A stretch of DNA of 64,000 nucleotides from Bacteroidota bacterium (GCA_013298545.1 JAAFIA010000014.1:32-64031); one strand, 5' to 3'. Numbered from the stretch's first letter, positions 17,902 through 27,782 are shown. Numbers and translations are program-made. The notes: generated by a model not told the origin, from the letters alone.

Positions 17902-17907
17902 AGAATA

Positions 17908-18828
17908 TTAATCTTCAAGGAAGATGACAAATGTTTCGGTCATCAAATTCGATTTTACTTTTAGGTAATACGTGCCGCGTGGTTGATCGCTTAAATTAAG
18001 TGTTGCGTTTGCGGAATTGACCGCATACGTTTTAATCAATTGTCCATTGGTACTAAACAAATACACTTCTTCGATGAATTGCGTATTGGCCAGTTGTGTT
18101 GTTTCGATATTTACAATTCCGGTTGTGGCATTTGGAAACGCATGGATATTATCAACCTGTTGCCCGCCTTTAGCGGTATGTTGAATGGTAATATGAGCAG
18201 ATAAATTATCAATCATCCAACCTTCGCGCACATCGTTGATGGAATCGGTTTTTAAGGTGTAGCGAAGCATGAGTGTGTCTTGCTGCATTTGTACATTGTA
18301 GAAAAAACAAAGCCAAATGTCGCGCCATGTCGTGTCGCGACCGCTGAATGCAAATTCGTTGGTGGCGTTGATGGTATCGGCATTGGCTTGGTTGTATCCG
18401 TAAAAATTATATACAAACGGATTGTTGAATACATTGAACCAAGTTTGTCCGCTATCGAGCGAGTATTCAACGATTCCACCTTCGCGGCCCGGATCCATAT
18501 CGAGTTTTTGTTTCCATTGGATGGCTAAAACACCGGGATAAAAATTTCCGTTATCGAGCGTGAAACTGAACCGCGATGTGTTGTTGAGCGGAATGGGGTT
18601 GATGGTGTCGGTAACCATAACATTGGGAACGGTTGACGCCGCATTGAAAATTGTTTTTTGTGGCGGCCCAATTTGCCAGACATTATTCGTGTCAGGGTCG
18701 ATGTCGATGAAAACGGAATTTAAAATAGACGTATCAGCACCATCGAAGTATTGGTAGTAATCGTATTGCGCTTTGGCTGGTGCAACGATTAAAAAACAGA
18801 GTAGGGTTTGGAGTAGCAGTTTTTTCAT
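17908..18828 (-). CDS. Secreted protein of unknown function with T9SS C-terminal sorting domain
   Basis: ATG at 18828 (MKKLLLQTLLCFLIVAPAKAQ signal peptide); C-terminal about 80 aa CTD-like (FPNATTGIVNIE...GTYYLKVKS...). Confidence 0.55.
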   Translation of the reverse strand: MKKLLLQTLLCFLIVAPAKAQYDYYQYFDGADTSILNSVFIDIDPDTNNVWQIGPPQKTIFNAASTVPNVMVTDTINPIPLNNTSRFSFTLDNGNFYPGVLAIQWKQKLDMDPGREGGIVEYSLDSGQTWFNVFNNPFVYNFYGYNQANADTINATNEFAFSGRDTTWRDIWLCFFYNVQMQQDTLMLRYTLKTDSINDVREGWMIDNLSAHITIQHTAKGGQQVDNIHAFPNATTGIVNIETTQLANTQFIEEVYLFSTNGQLIKTYAVNSANATLNLSDQPRGTYYLKVKSNLMTETFVIFLED

Positions 18829-18962
18829 GGGTCGTGTTTTTAGTGATGCAAAGATGATGGTGTTTTTAGGTAAAAACAAATCCGTCTTTGAAAATCTTAC
18901 GCATTCAAAAGCAAAAAGCCAGTCGTTATGCTGACTGGCTTTTTGCTAAATGGTGTATATGC

Positions 18963-19487
18963 TTACTTTCTCTTCTCCTCAAAAATCATAGAACCAGAAT
19001 TGATGCAATACCGCAAATTTGTGGGTGGAGGGCCATCATCAAAAACGTGTCCTAAGTGTCCGCCGCATTTTTTGCACGTTACTTCGGTGCGTTTCATACC
19101 ATACGAATTATCGACATGATAATCGACAACAGTTGAATCCCAAGGCAAGGAAAAACTTGGCCAACCACAACCCGAATCGAATTTTTGATCGGATGAGAAA
19201 AGTACGGTAGAACAAGCGGCGCATTTATAAATTCCAGTTGCATGGTTATCCCAGTATGCACCTGTGTATGCACGTTCGGTGCCTTTCTCGCGAAGGATAT
19301 GATATTGATCGGGCGTGAGTTGGGCTTTCCATTCCTGATCTGTCTTGGTGATTTTATCAGACTGGGTAGAATCGTTTTTTAGCGAATCGGATTTGGTCAT
19401 GGTGGTGTGTGTTGGAATGGTATCAGGTGCAGTTGTGCAACTGGTTGTAAGTGCAACGAATAGCATTAAGGCGATTGACATTTTCAT
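18963..19487 (-). CDS. msrB: Peptide-methionine (R)-S-oxide reductase MsrB, secreted/lipoprotein form
   Basis: SelR motifs [24 protein letters not shown] and [21 protein letters not shown]; N-terminal signal with lipobox-like LTTSC. Confidence 0.85.
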   Translation of the reverse strand: MKMSIALMLFVALTTSCTTAPDTIPTHTTMTKSDSLKNDSTQSDKITKTDQEWKAQLTPDQYHILREKGTERAYTGAYWDNHATGIYKCAACSTVLFSSDQKFDSGCGWPSFSLPWDSTVVDYHVDNSYGMKRTEVTCKKCGGHLGHVFDDGPPPTNLRYCINSGSMIFEEKRK

Positions 19488-19623
19488 GTGTGTTGATTTC
19501 CAAGATATACGGCTTGGTGTAAAATTCGGTTTTAACCTTCACATCTCTTAACAAACAGGCAAAACATAAGTTCGCGCACCGAGCCATCTTTCAACGGCCC
19601 GATGCGCGAATTTAGTCTTGTTC

Positions 19624-21369
19624 TTAAAAAGATACGGTGTATTTCCAGAATTTGAATGTGCGGAGGTTTTCTTCTTTGGTTAAACTTACTTTCCCGCCCG
19701 TGGCTTGTCCTACACGGTTTACAGCACTGCTAGCGAGGTCAAATCCGGTTACCTTTTTGTTTTCGTCGGCATTCATGGCCATCACCTCTTGAGCTGTTTC
19801 GTCGTCATCGTTTGTTGGGTTTTTGCTTTTCGATGATCCGTCAAGTGTCTTTTTCAAGCGACGCGCAACATATTGTGCCGGTGAAATGTAATTGGGTTGA
19901 TAAGCTAAATTGGTATTAGGGTCGTAAGGTTCTATGACGCCTTCACGAATTTGATTGAGGCCAGTTGGGTTATTGAATAAAGCCTGAACATTTTTCTCGG
20001 GCATGTTGTATGCGACAAAACGACTTGGGTTGTTATTTTCAGGTGCAACGATGGGTTGCAGTTGGTTGTTTGGATTGTAAATGCGTTTTGATTTGTCTGA
20101 CTGATCGGGCGCGTTAATCGTATTGTTGGCGATTTGTGCTGGAGTTTGTGGAGCTTGATTAGGTACGATTTGCGGAATGGTTTTCGACTTTGTTTTGAGG
20201 CTGTCGTTGGTGGCAACTTGATCGGTACCCGAATTGGTTTGTTGCGAATTGAAGAAGAAAATTCCAACCAACAGCAAAACTGCCGCCGCCGCTGACCAAC
20301 GCGTAACCGTCCACCACGCAATGCCCGCGCGCCCGTCGTGATAAAGCGCCGCTTTGTCAGGAAATACAATGCTGGTATCTGGTTGCAAACGTGTTTGTGC
20401 AAGCAGCGTCATTTCGTGTTGCATCTCAGGATGCGAACTGAGGTATGCGTCGAATACGTTTTGTTCAATGGCATTGAGTTCGCCATCGAAAGCAGCTACG
20501 GCATATTCGTCGAAATTCGATGCCGTAATAAGCGTTGTTTGTTTTAACGAAGCTTTATCGGCAAAAGCAATGGCTTCGGGCTGAAGAATGGTTTGACGGA
20601 AAGATTCAACAATGGCTTGCTTTTCGGGATTGTTGTTTAAGAATTGTGTAAACGCTGTAAGTTCATCGGCGTTTAATTCCTGATCGAGAAAAGCAACAGC
20701 ATATTCTTCAAAATTCGATTCCTGAATAGTCGTGGTAACCGTTTTCTTTAACGCATTTTTATGGGGGAAAACAAGATCGCTTTCGGGAACAAAACGTGTT
20801 TGTTCAAACAGTGAAAATTCGGCTTGTTGTTCGGGATGTGTTGCAAGAAACTGTTGAAAGATCGCTTGCTCTTCGCTTGTCAATTCACCTTCAATAGCTT
20901 GTACAGCAATCGTGTCGAAATTTTCAACGGTAAGCACAAAAGGAGATGATTTTTTCAAGGCATCTTTTCCTTCAAATACAATTTCAGCATCGGCTTCTAA
21001 GCGCGTTTGCTGAATGAGGTGAAAGGTGCTACGGTGTTGCGGATTGGCTTGAAGAAAAGCTTCTAATTCCTTTTTCTGATTTTCATGCAACAAACCTTCG
21101 AGCGAAGCAATACAAAACCATTCGATGTTGTTTTCAGAAACAGGCTCCGTTGTTTCGAGCGATTTTTTAAGCGAATTTTTATTTGGGAAAACGATTTCTT
21201 CCGCGTTGAATTCTTCGTTAAATGATGCATCCACAAAACTGTCGAACAATTCGCGGAGATCAGCGTTGTTTTCCAGAAACTGGAAAAGTGCCGAAGTCTG
21301 CTCCATGTTCAAGCGCCCCTCGTAAAAATCGAGGAAAAATGCTTCACAGTTTTGACGGTTAATATTCAT
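19624..21369 (-). CDS. Membrane anti-sigma-factor-like protein with five tandem about 60-aa cytoplasmic repeats, one TM helix and N/P/Q-rich periplasmic tail
   Basis: Immediately downstream (6 nt) of the ECF sigma gene. Repeats each ending (V/I)FPxKxALKK(S/T). TM helix WWTVTRWSAAAAVLLLVGIFFF. Confidence 0.55.
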   Translation of the reverse strand: MNINRQNCEAFFLDFYEGRLNMEQTSALFQFLENNADLRELFDSFVDASFNEEFNAEEIVFPNKNSLKKSLETTEPVSENNIEWFCIASLEGLLHENQKKELEAFLQANPQHRSTFHLIQQTRLEADAEIVFEGKDALKKSSPFVLTVENFDTIAVQAIEGELTSEEQAIFQQFLATHPEQQAEFSLFEQTRFVPESDLVFPHKNALKKTVTTTIQESNFEEYAVAFLDQELNADELTAFTQFLNNNPEKQAIVESFRQTILQPEAIAFADKASLKQTTLITASNFDEYAVAAFDGELNAIEQNVFDAYLSSHPEMQHEMTLLAQTRLQPDTSIVFPDKAALYHDGRAGIAWWTVTRWSAAAAVLLLVGIFFFNSQQTNSGTDQVATNDSLKTKSKTIPQIVPNQAPQTPAQIANNTINAPDQSDKSKRIYNPNNQLQPIVAPENNNPSRFVAYNMPEKNVQALFNNPTGLNQIREGVIEPYDPNTNLAYQPNYISPAQYVARRLKKTLDGSSKSKNPTNDDDETAQEVMAMNADENKKVTGFDLASSAVNRVGQATGGKVSLTKEENLRTFKFWKYTVSF

Positions 21370-21374
21370 GTTGG

Positions 21375-21860
21375 TTATACTACTTTTTCAATGCTACCAA
21401 TGTAATTTTTCAGAAACGTTCGTGCTCTGAAAATATAAACTTTCACTTGTGCTTCGCTAAGTCCGGTTATTTCGCCAATTTCTTCATACGAATAGCCTTC
21501 ATAGTCGCGAAGTAAAACCACCGAGCGTTGAATCTCGGGCAGTTTACCCAATGCTTCCTGCAAAATTTCTTTCAGATCGCTATACTGCTTCGTATGCGAG
21601 AGCGCAATCATAGGCGCTTCATCCATCGAACCTTGACGTTGATCTTTGCGCAAGGCATCGATCATGGTTCGATAGGCCGTCGTAAACATATACGACTTGG
21701 CGTTTTTGGCTTCTGTATCCGATACTTTGAGCCACAGTTTCTCAAAAGTATCCTGTACAATGTCCTTCGCTTTGTCCTTATCCTTTACATTCTTCAGAAT
21801 AAAGCGGTACAGGTTGTCGGCGTACAAGTCCACACAGCGATTGAACTCTTCTGCAGTCAT
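21375..21860 (-). CDS. ECF-subfamily RNA polymerase sigma-70 factor
   Basis: 161 aa; region 2 (DIVQDTFEKLW) and region 4 HTH (SYEEIGEITGLSEAQVKVYIFRAR). Confidence 0.85.
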   Translation of the reverse strand: MTAEEFNRCVDLYADNLYRFILKNVKDKDKAKDIVQDTFEKLWLKVSDTEAKNAKSYMFTTAYRTMIDALRKDQRQGSMDEAPMIALSHTKQYSDLKEILQEALGKLPEIQRSVVLLRDYEGYSYEEIGEITGLSEAQVKVYIFRARTFLKNYIGSIEKVV

Positions 21861-21968
21861 GGTTTTTAGGTGCTTCCGGGAATAAGACGGTTAAACCCAA
21901 GCCGAAGTTACAGGAGTTTTTGAATATCTCGCAATCAATTGGTTGTTAGGCCATTAAAAAAATAAACA

Positions 21969-22415
21969 TTAAACTTGCTTCATTAATTGCGAATAGGCCT
22001 CTTCAGGAGTTTGCAAATCGCTTAACACATTATTAAGTGTTGGGTTGGTTAGGGTAAAACACCATACATTGGATAGGATCAGATTATCCAAGATTTTGTC
22101 GGTAAGTGCTATATCTTGAAAAAAGAAACTCGTTTTAAAACGTAAATCGCCATCGGTATAATCAAACTCGAAATTACCCACATTTAAGCCATAATTTATT
22201 CGAGTAATTAATTCCGCAATCTGGGATCTTTTATCAACTCTAATCTTAGGTTGAAATATCGAATAGACTGAAATACGTTCTTCACGTAGAATAAAATCTA
22301 CGATGAGATTAAATTTTATTCCTTCATGATTTATTGGAATCAAAAAAGCCCCCTCCGAGATAGAGTCAAATTGCCATCCCTTATGATTAAAATATCGAAT
22401 CAAGGACTCGCGCAT
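21969..22415 (-). CDS. Hypothetical protein, possibly YbjN-like fold
   Basis: 148-aa ORF with ATG start, 8 nt after the upstream ORF's stop; lies in an AT-rich (about 33% GC) islet. The family call rests on weak pattern similarity only. Confidence 0.45.
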   Translation of the reverse strand: MRESLIRYFNHKGWQFDSISEGAFLIPINHEGIKFNLIVDFILREERISVYSIFQPKIRVDKRSQIAELITRINYGLNVGNFEFDYTDGDLRFKTSFFFQDIALTDKILDNLILSNVWCFTLTNPTLNNVLSDLQTPEEAYSQLMKQV

Positions 22416-22423
22416 GTGTAGGA

Positions 22424-22999
22424 TTATTTATGAATTGATAAACCCTTTCCGATAAAATCCGAAAAGTCAAATACGGTATGATCATTTGAGTATGGTAATG
22501 GGTAGGGTATGTATTTTTTGGCGATGGAGAAATAGTTTGAAAGTTTCTGATAGGGGCTAAGAATTTCTATGTCAGCCGAAGGGAAATTAGTTTTTAAGAA
22601 AGCATGAATTTTCTCGATCTGAGGCGAAAATGTTACATCAAAGAAAGTGTCCGCTGTTGGATAATGATCAGAGGTGAGCTTTTCTATTGGAATGATTGGT
22701 GTGTGCTCTAAGTAGAATCCTCTTTTTATTTCAGTAACCATGTATTCTTGATAAGGGTTATCAAGAATAAGTTTTTTTAGCGAAATCTTTCGGTCTATAA
22801 AAGCGCGAAGTTTTGACGGAGGTACCTGAAAAATCAACCAAGTATTACTCTCATTTGAATAATCTACCCAATAGAATAAATATAGATTATTGTTGCGTAC
22901 ATCAAAGAACATAGAAAGCTCTGGCCCATCGTGGTTAATGAGATCGCCGACTCGGATTAAGTTTGCGCCAAGCGTATTTGCTTTATCATGCAACATCAT
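22424..22999 (-). CDS. Hypothetical protein (AT-rich islet, middle gene)
   Basis: About 191-aa ORF; ATG at 22999 overlaps the 3' end of the upstream ORF by 14 nt; no recognisable motif. Confidence 0.45.
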   Translation of the reverse strand: MMLHDKANTLGANLIRVGDLINHDGPELSMFFDVRNNNLYLFYWVDYSNESNTWLIFQVPPSKLRAFIDRKISLKKLILDNPYQEYMVTEIKRGFYLEHTPIIPIEKLTSDHYPTADTFFDVTFSPQIEKIHAFLKTNFPSADIEILSPYQKLSNYFSIAKKYIPYPLPYSNDHTVFDFSDFIGKGLSIHK

Positions 23000-23435
23000 C
23001 AAATATATTTATTCTTTTTATAATTCGTTTACTCAAATCTGCGTTTTCATATTCATGAAAATCAAAATGGCTCGTCTCTTCATTAAAATCTCCTGCCAAA
23101 CCATCTGTTTCATGCAATTGCAAATGAGCGATGTAATCTCCTTTATCTCTTCGAAATTTAACTTGAAGTTTAGGTGGCTTATTTGCTAAAACGGCCTTGT
23201 AACGAGCTTTTGCTTCTGTCTCATTTTTATATAAAGATAACCCGTAGCCGGAACACATTTTGTCTGATTCATCGAGTACTTTGGCTGGTGGATATTGGAT
23301 TAACCATAAGGGTTTGAAATCATTTTCATGTGCTTGAGCATGCACCCATCGAAATGCCAACATCGAAACACCAGAAAAATTTGCAGCAGGACAGTGATCA
23401 AATTGCCTCAAAAAATCTTTATACTTAAGCTCCAT
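22986..23435 (-). CDS. Hypothetical protein (AT-rich islet, first gene)
   Basis: About 149-aa ORF from ATG 23435 (MELKYKDF...); no recognisable motif. Confidence 0.4.
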   Translation of the reverse strand: MELKYKDFLRQFDHCPAANFSGVSMLAFRWVHAQAHENDFKPLWLIQYPPAKVLDESDKMCSGYGLSLYKNETEAKARYKAVLANKPPKLQVKFRRDKGDYIAHLQLHETDGLAGDFNEETSHFDFHEYENADLSKRIIKRINIFDDVA

Positions 23436-23583
23436 ACAAAAAAACAACAATTAAAAATTAAACCTTCCATCATCTATTCCCTGCAAAAGTATAACATTCG
23501 AATACGCCATGTCAAGTCCCTAGCCTCCAAAGCGATCTAACTCGTTGACTATCTGCACAATATTTTTCTAGGCAGATTCTCCC

Positions 23584-24546
23584 TTAAACATCGCCATCCC
23601 GTTTCATCGGCCCTTTGCCCCAATCTGCCAATTCTTCTGCCGACCACAATTCTGGAAAAAACACATTCAACTGTAACGATGGTGGCAAATATTGTTTCCA
23701 ATTTGTTCCGCCAGTAGCGGCAATATCTTCCGGTTTCTTTTCTAAATAATGCGAGGCCGACCAAACGTGTTGTAGTTTCCAATTGACGTTCACATTTGCA
23801 TCGAGCCAGCGCAGGGCTTTTTTAAGCTCTTCTGTTTTTTCAACTTCCGGCAAATTGCGCCAAAGAGCAGCAAGATTTGTATCTCTATTTTCTTGACCCA
23901 ATGCTAAAAATGTAGCCCCATACTTTTCTTCAAATTGTTGAAGGGTGAGCGTCTTTTTACCTGAACCATCTTCGGTAGCACCCGAACGCCAATAAATATG
24001 ATCAAACAAATCGGTGAGGGACGATTGCGAAGAAACTTTATCGCGCGATTTTGCGGCTACCAAATTGATGAAATCCGTTGAACGAATTTCAATCATGCGG
24101 TATTGGCCCGATTGGAATCCGCTTGCAGGAGTTAGTGAAAGTCGGTACTTCAAAAATTGTTCGCGTTCCATGCCATCGCGCATAATCCGAAACGATGTAA
24201 TGAGCGCATCGAAATAATTCGCAATACGCAATACGCGTGTACGGAAAAACTCACCTGTCAATGTTCCTGATTTTCCCCGCTCCGCCAATTGATCATATTC
24301 CAACTGACACAGTTTAAAATACAATTCTGTAATCTGATGGTACATGATGAAAATCTTCTCATCCGGAAAAGCCGTGCGTGGTTTTTGCAACGTGAGCAAC
24401 GTATCGAGTTGAATATAATCCCAGTAATTCAGATAATCAGCATAAATCATGCTGTCTAAATAGACACCTAAATCTTGTTGCTTGTCGTTGAGTTTGGTTT
24501 GAAGCTGTTGGAGCTTATCAAGAATTTCTGGAGAAAAATCGGCCAT
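23584..24546 (-). CDS. kynA: Tryptophan 2,3-dioxygenase
   Basis: TDO signature YIQLDTLLTLQKP...DEKIFIMYHQITELYFKL; ATG at 24546 (the track TTG start is at 24573). Confidence 0.75.
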   Translation of the reverse strand: MADFSPEILDKLQQLQTKLNDKQQDLGVYLDSMIYADYLNYWDYIQLDTLLTLQKPRTAFPDEKIFIMYHQITELYFKLCQLEYDQLAERGKSGTLTGEFFRTRVLRIANYFDALITSFRIMRDGMEREQFLKYRLSLTPASGFQSGQYRMIEIRSTDFINLVAAKSRDKVSSQSSLTDLFDHIYWRSGATEDGSGKKTLTLQQFEEKYGATFLALGQENRDTNLAALWRNLPEVEKTEELKKALRWLDANVNVNWKLQHVWSASHYLEKKPEDIAATGGTNWKQYLPPSLQLNVFFPELWSAEELADWGKGPMKRDGDV

Positions 24547-24698
24547 TGTTTTTGCGTTGAATTTGGGCTGCAAGTTAGGTAAAGGATAGCAAAATCGTGT
24601 GCAAGAAAAAGGATGATTGTCGTCAGGTTTTCTGAAAAGAAAAATCCGGCCTTCGCAGGTGTTTGCAAAGGCCGGATTTGTAAGTAAATTTTATACAA

Positions 24699-27600
24699 TT
24701 AACGCACAACGATGCGCCGCGTAACCATTCCTTGTGCTGTTTGCACTTGGATCAGGTAAACGCCTTTGGCCCAACGCTCCGTATTCATTGGGATTTGTGT
24801 TGAACCTGCTTGAAGTTGGTGTTGCTGATTGTAAACGGTTTGTCCAAGCAAATCAACAATGCTGATGCCCACCGTTTGCGATGAAGCGAGCTGAATGTCT
24901 AAGGTAAACACATCGCTTGTTGGGTTCGGATAGGCTTGAATGTTTGTAATAGCACCTTGGCCTTGAACACCAAGACAAATAGAACTGAAAATAGTTTGTG
25001 TGGCGGTTCCTGCGCAATTGTTACCATCAATATAAGTATATGTGATCGTGTGTGTACCTTGTCCGGCAACAGCAGGATCGAAGATGCCATTGGTTACACC
25101 AGGGCCGCTGTATGTTCCGCCAGCAGGAGAACCACCTGTCAAAGCAAATGGCGCTGTGGTATTTGTACAAACGGTATCATAAGCTGAAGCATTGTATGCG
25201 GTAACCTGATTGCCAATGGATGCAATTACGGGCGTGCGCGGACTGGTGCAAGCACCCAACGTAATGCCCCAATTGTAGAGGTAATAATAAAATGCTCCAC
25301 CTGCTGATGATCCTGTAATATTTACAGCACCGTTTAAGGTATATGGATAATTTGCGCCACTGTTGTTGCGATACAAATTCATTTGTGTTCCTCCAATGCG
25401 ATAGCTGCCCGGAGTAAGCGGAATATTGAGTGTAACCGTACTATTTCCGGCAGGTGGATTAATCACAACCTGTTGCAATTGATTTCCGGCATTGTCCCAA
25501 AGGGTTACCGTACGATTGCCCGCAGCACCAGCATTCACATCGGCCGTAGCGAGTGTGCAGTTTTGAAGAACGGTAAATTCCAAGTATTGTGTTGAGGTGT
25601 TGTTGTGTTGGCCACCGGTTCCGAAATTGGAATTTACGGGTCCAACATTCCCTGGAGGTTGCGCCACTTGCGACTCAACATAATACGTTGTGGTGTTGTT
25701 GAGGAAAGGTGTTGTATAAGAACCACCTGTAGCAACTTGTGTACCGCCAATTGCTTGTGTGTACCAAGCCAATGATCCCGGACCAACAGCACTCAAATTG
25801 AGTGTGGCTGGTTGGCAACTGTTTGCGCCAGTTCCGGTTGGTGCGTTTGGTGGATTGATCACAATGTATCCTGATTGAACAATTGAATCAGCGCCGCATG
25901 TACTGTTTACTGAGAGGCTTACATTGTATGTGCCTGCTTGCGTGTAAACGTGCGATGGGTTGAATGTGTTACTTGTGGTATTGTCGCCAAAATTCCAAGT
26001 TGCGTTTGCTGCATTTGTACTGTTGTTCGTGAAGACCACCGTTGCAGGAACAGAGCAGCTCGATGTTATGTTGGCAGTAAACGCAGCGTTTACCGTTGGT
26101 GAATAAACTGGGCCAACTCCGCAAGCGTACCAAGCATTCGCTGTTGTTGTAACTTGTGGCGTGCAAGCACCAAAAAGATCTTCAGCAGATTGAATCGCGT
26201 AAGTACGCGCATCGGCATATTGCGACGTGTTGACTAAGTAAACGGAAAGATTACGGAATGCAATACGGCCAGCATCGCTAATGCCAATACCTGTTACGTT
26301 AAAAGCATTGTTAAGATCGTTTGTTCCGCTTCCTCCTTGACACATGAGGTAGAACCAATAATTCTGAACACCGCTGTTAGTATGAACACCACCATTATCA
26401 GCAGTTCCAGTGTACCAGTTTGTTCCTGTGTAGCAATCGGGATCGCCGTATTGGTTTGGATTGGACATGCTGCGCAAAGCGGAATTTGCATTCACGGTAA
26501 TTTCTTCACCAATTAAAAAGTTGCCAACGGGTTTAGAATAAAATTCAATTGCTGTTCCAAAAACATCAGAAAAAGATTCGTTCAATGCGCCCGATTCGTC
26601 TTGGTAATCGAGACCAGCTGTGTTTTCTGTTACGCCGTGTGTGAACTCATGGCCGCAAACATCAATAGCTGTCAAAGGATTAAATCCACCAGGCTGTTGA
26701 CTGCCATCGCCATACGTCATGGATGTGCCATCCCAATAAGCATTGTCGTAATTGTTGCTATAATGGACATAGGAGATCATGAGCATACCATTGCCATCAA
26801 TACCATTGCGTCCATGCTGAATTTGATAATAATCATACGTTTTTTCAGCACCCCAATGTGCATCGTAAGCCGCATTGTCATCGTTTGCTGTGCTGGTCCA
26901 GTTTGTTGTTCCATTTGTAAAATCAACCGCACTAGCCGTATTGGTTCCATTGTTCAAATTCAAGGTACGAATGCCCATGCCACGACCAGCTTCGCGTAGG
27001 CGATAACTTCCAGCATTGCTATCGCAAATGATATTTTGTGTACCGCTATACATGGTATTTGCTGTTCCTGCTACATCGGCTTCGTGGATGCGATTTTGCT
27101 TGTGTACAATTTCGCCTGTTTGTGCATCCACATAAATGTAATTGCGGCTCATGGGCGCACTTGCATACACATCAAATTTCCAAGCGAGGTGAAAATCGCG
27201 TTTGAAAATGTCGCCGTTCGCGGCTACAATAACGAGTTCGCCTTTTGGATAATAAGTGGCTGAGGTGTTATTGCGAATTTCTTTTAATAAAGATTCATCC
27301 GCTGGATTTTCCCATTTGTATTGTTGCGCTCCAATATTGAGCAATGCTTTGCTCAGTGCCGCAGATTCAGAGAGCGCAGGACTTGTATTTAGTGTAATGC
27401 CTTCAAACCACATACCATTGGCCGATTCCACGCGGCCATTGCGTTCGTGAATGAGGTATTCGCCACCTTGAACGGGAATGCCAGCATACAATTGATTGAA
27501 CCGTGTATGTGTAAATCCAAGCTCATCTTTTTGCTGGCGGTATTGTTGCCATTGGTCTGCAAATTGCATCTGCAAAACCGGACGCAAATGGGTTTGAATA

Positions 27601-27782
27601 CGCGATGCCGGAATCTGACTCGCACTGTTAAAAACAATAAACGAAGGCACATGCGATTGTTTATTGATCACAACGAGTTTACTCTCTGGACAAAGTTTCG
27701 CAGCTTCATTTCCAGTAAACTGATTTTGTGCAGCTAAAACAGATGCAAGCAAAATACACGATGAGGTAAAAAGTTTGTACAT
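24699..27782 (-). CDS. M4 (thermolysin-like) zinc metalloprotease with PKD-like repeats and T9SS C-terminal sorting domain
   Basis: Signal peptide from ATG 27782. HExxH...E motif (VCGHEFTHGVTE ... GALNESFSDVFG). C-terminal AYPNPTSDVFTLDIQ...KGVYLIQVQ CTD. Confidence 0.8.
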   Translation of the reverse strand: MYKLFTSSCILLASVLAAQNQFTGNEAAKLCPESKLVVINKQSHVPSFIVFNSASQIPASRIQTHLRPVLQMQFADQWQQYRQQKDELGFTHTRFNQLYAGIPVQGGEYLIHERNGRVESANGMWFEGITLNTSPALSESAALSKALLNIGAQQYKWENPADESLLKEIRNNTSATYYPKGELVIVAANGDIFKRDFHLAWKFDVYASAPMSRNYIYVDAQTGEIVHKQNRIHEADVAGTANTMYSGTQNIICDSNAGSYRLREAGRGMGIRTLNLNNGTNTASAVDFTNGTTNWTSTANDDNAAYDAHWGAEKTYDYYQIQHGRNGIDGNGMLMISYVHYSNNYDNAYWDGTSMTYGDGSQQPGGFNPLTAIDVCGHEFTHGVTENTAGLDYQDESGALNESFSDVFGTAIEFYSKPVGNFLIGEEITVNANSALRSMSNPNQYGDPDCYTGTNWYTGTADNGGVHTNSGVQNYWFYLMCQGGSGTNDLNNAFNVTGIGISDAGRIAFRNLSVYLVNTSQYADARTYAIQSAEDLFGACTPQVTTTANAWYACGVGPVYSPTVNAAFTANITSSCSVPATVVFTNNSTNAANATWNFGDNTTSNTFNPSHVYTQAGTYNVSLSVNSTCGADSIVQSGYIVINPPNAPTGTGANSCQPATLNLSAVGPGSLAWYTQAIGGTQVATGGSYTTPFLNNTTTYYVESQVAQPPGNVGPVNSNFGTGGQHNNTSTQYLEFTVLQNCTLATADVNAGAAGNRTVTLWDNAGNQLQQVVINPPAGNSTVTLNIPLTPGSYRIGGTQMNLYRNNSGANYPYTLNGAVNITGSSAGGAFYYYLYNWGITLGACTSPRTPVIASIGNQVTAYNASAYDTVCTNTTAPFALTGGSPAGGTYSGPGVTNGIFDPAVAGQGTHTITYTYIDGNNCAGTATQTIFSSICLGVQGQGAITNIQAYPNPTSDVFTLDIQLASSQTVGISIVDLLGQTVYNQQHQLQAGSTQIPMNTERWAKGVYLIQVQTAQGMVTRRIVVR

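Noticed and set aside
19932-20402. 156-aa ORF overlapping the anti-sigma gene, plus tandem DNA repeats there
   Set aside because: Antisense to the repeat-containing anti-sigma gene. The DNA periodicity (about 180 bp, degenerate) reflects protein-level repeats, not a CRISPR array or IS repeats.
26601-26999. 132-aa plus ORF inside the M4 protease gene
   Set aside because: Antisense, Ile/Cys-rich; the protease frame carries the HExxH motif and CTD.
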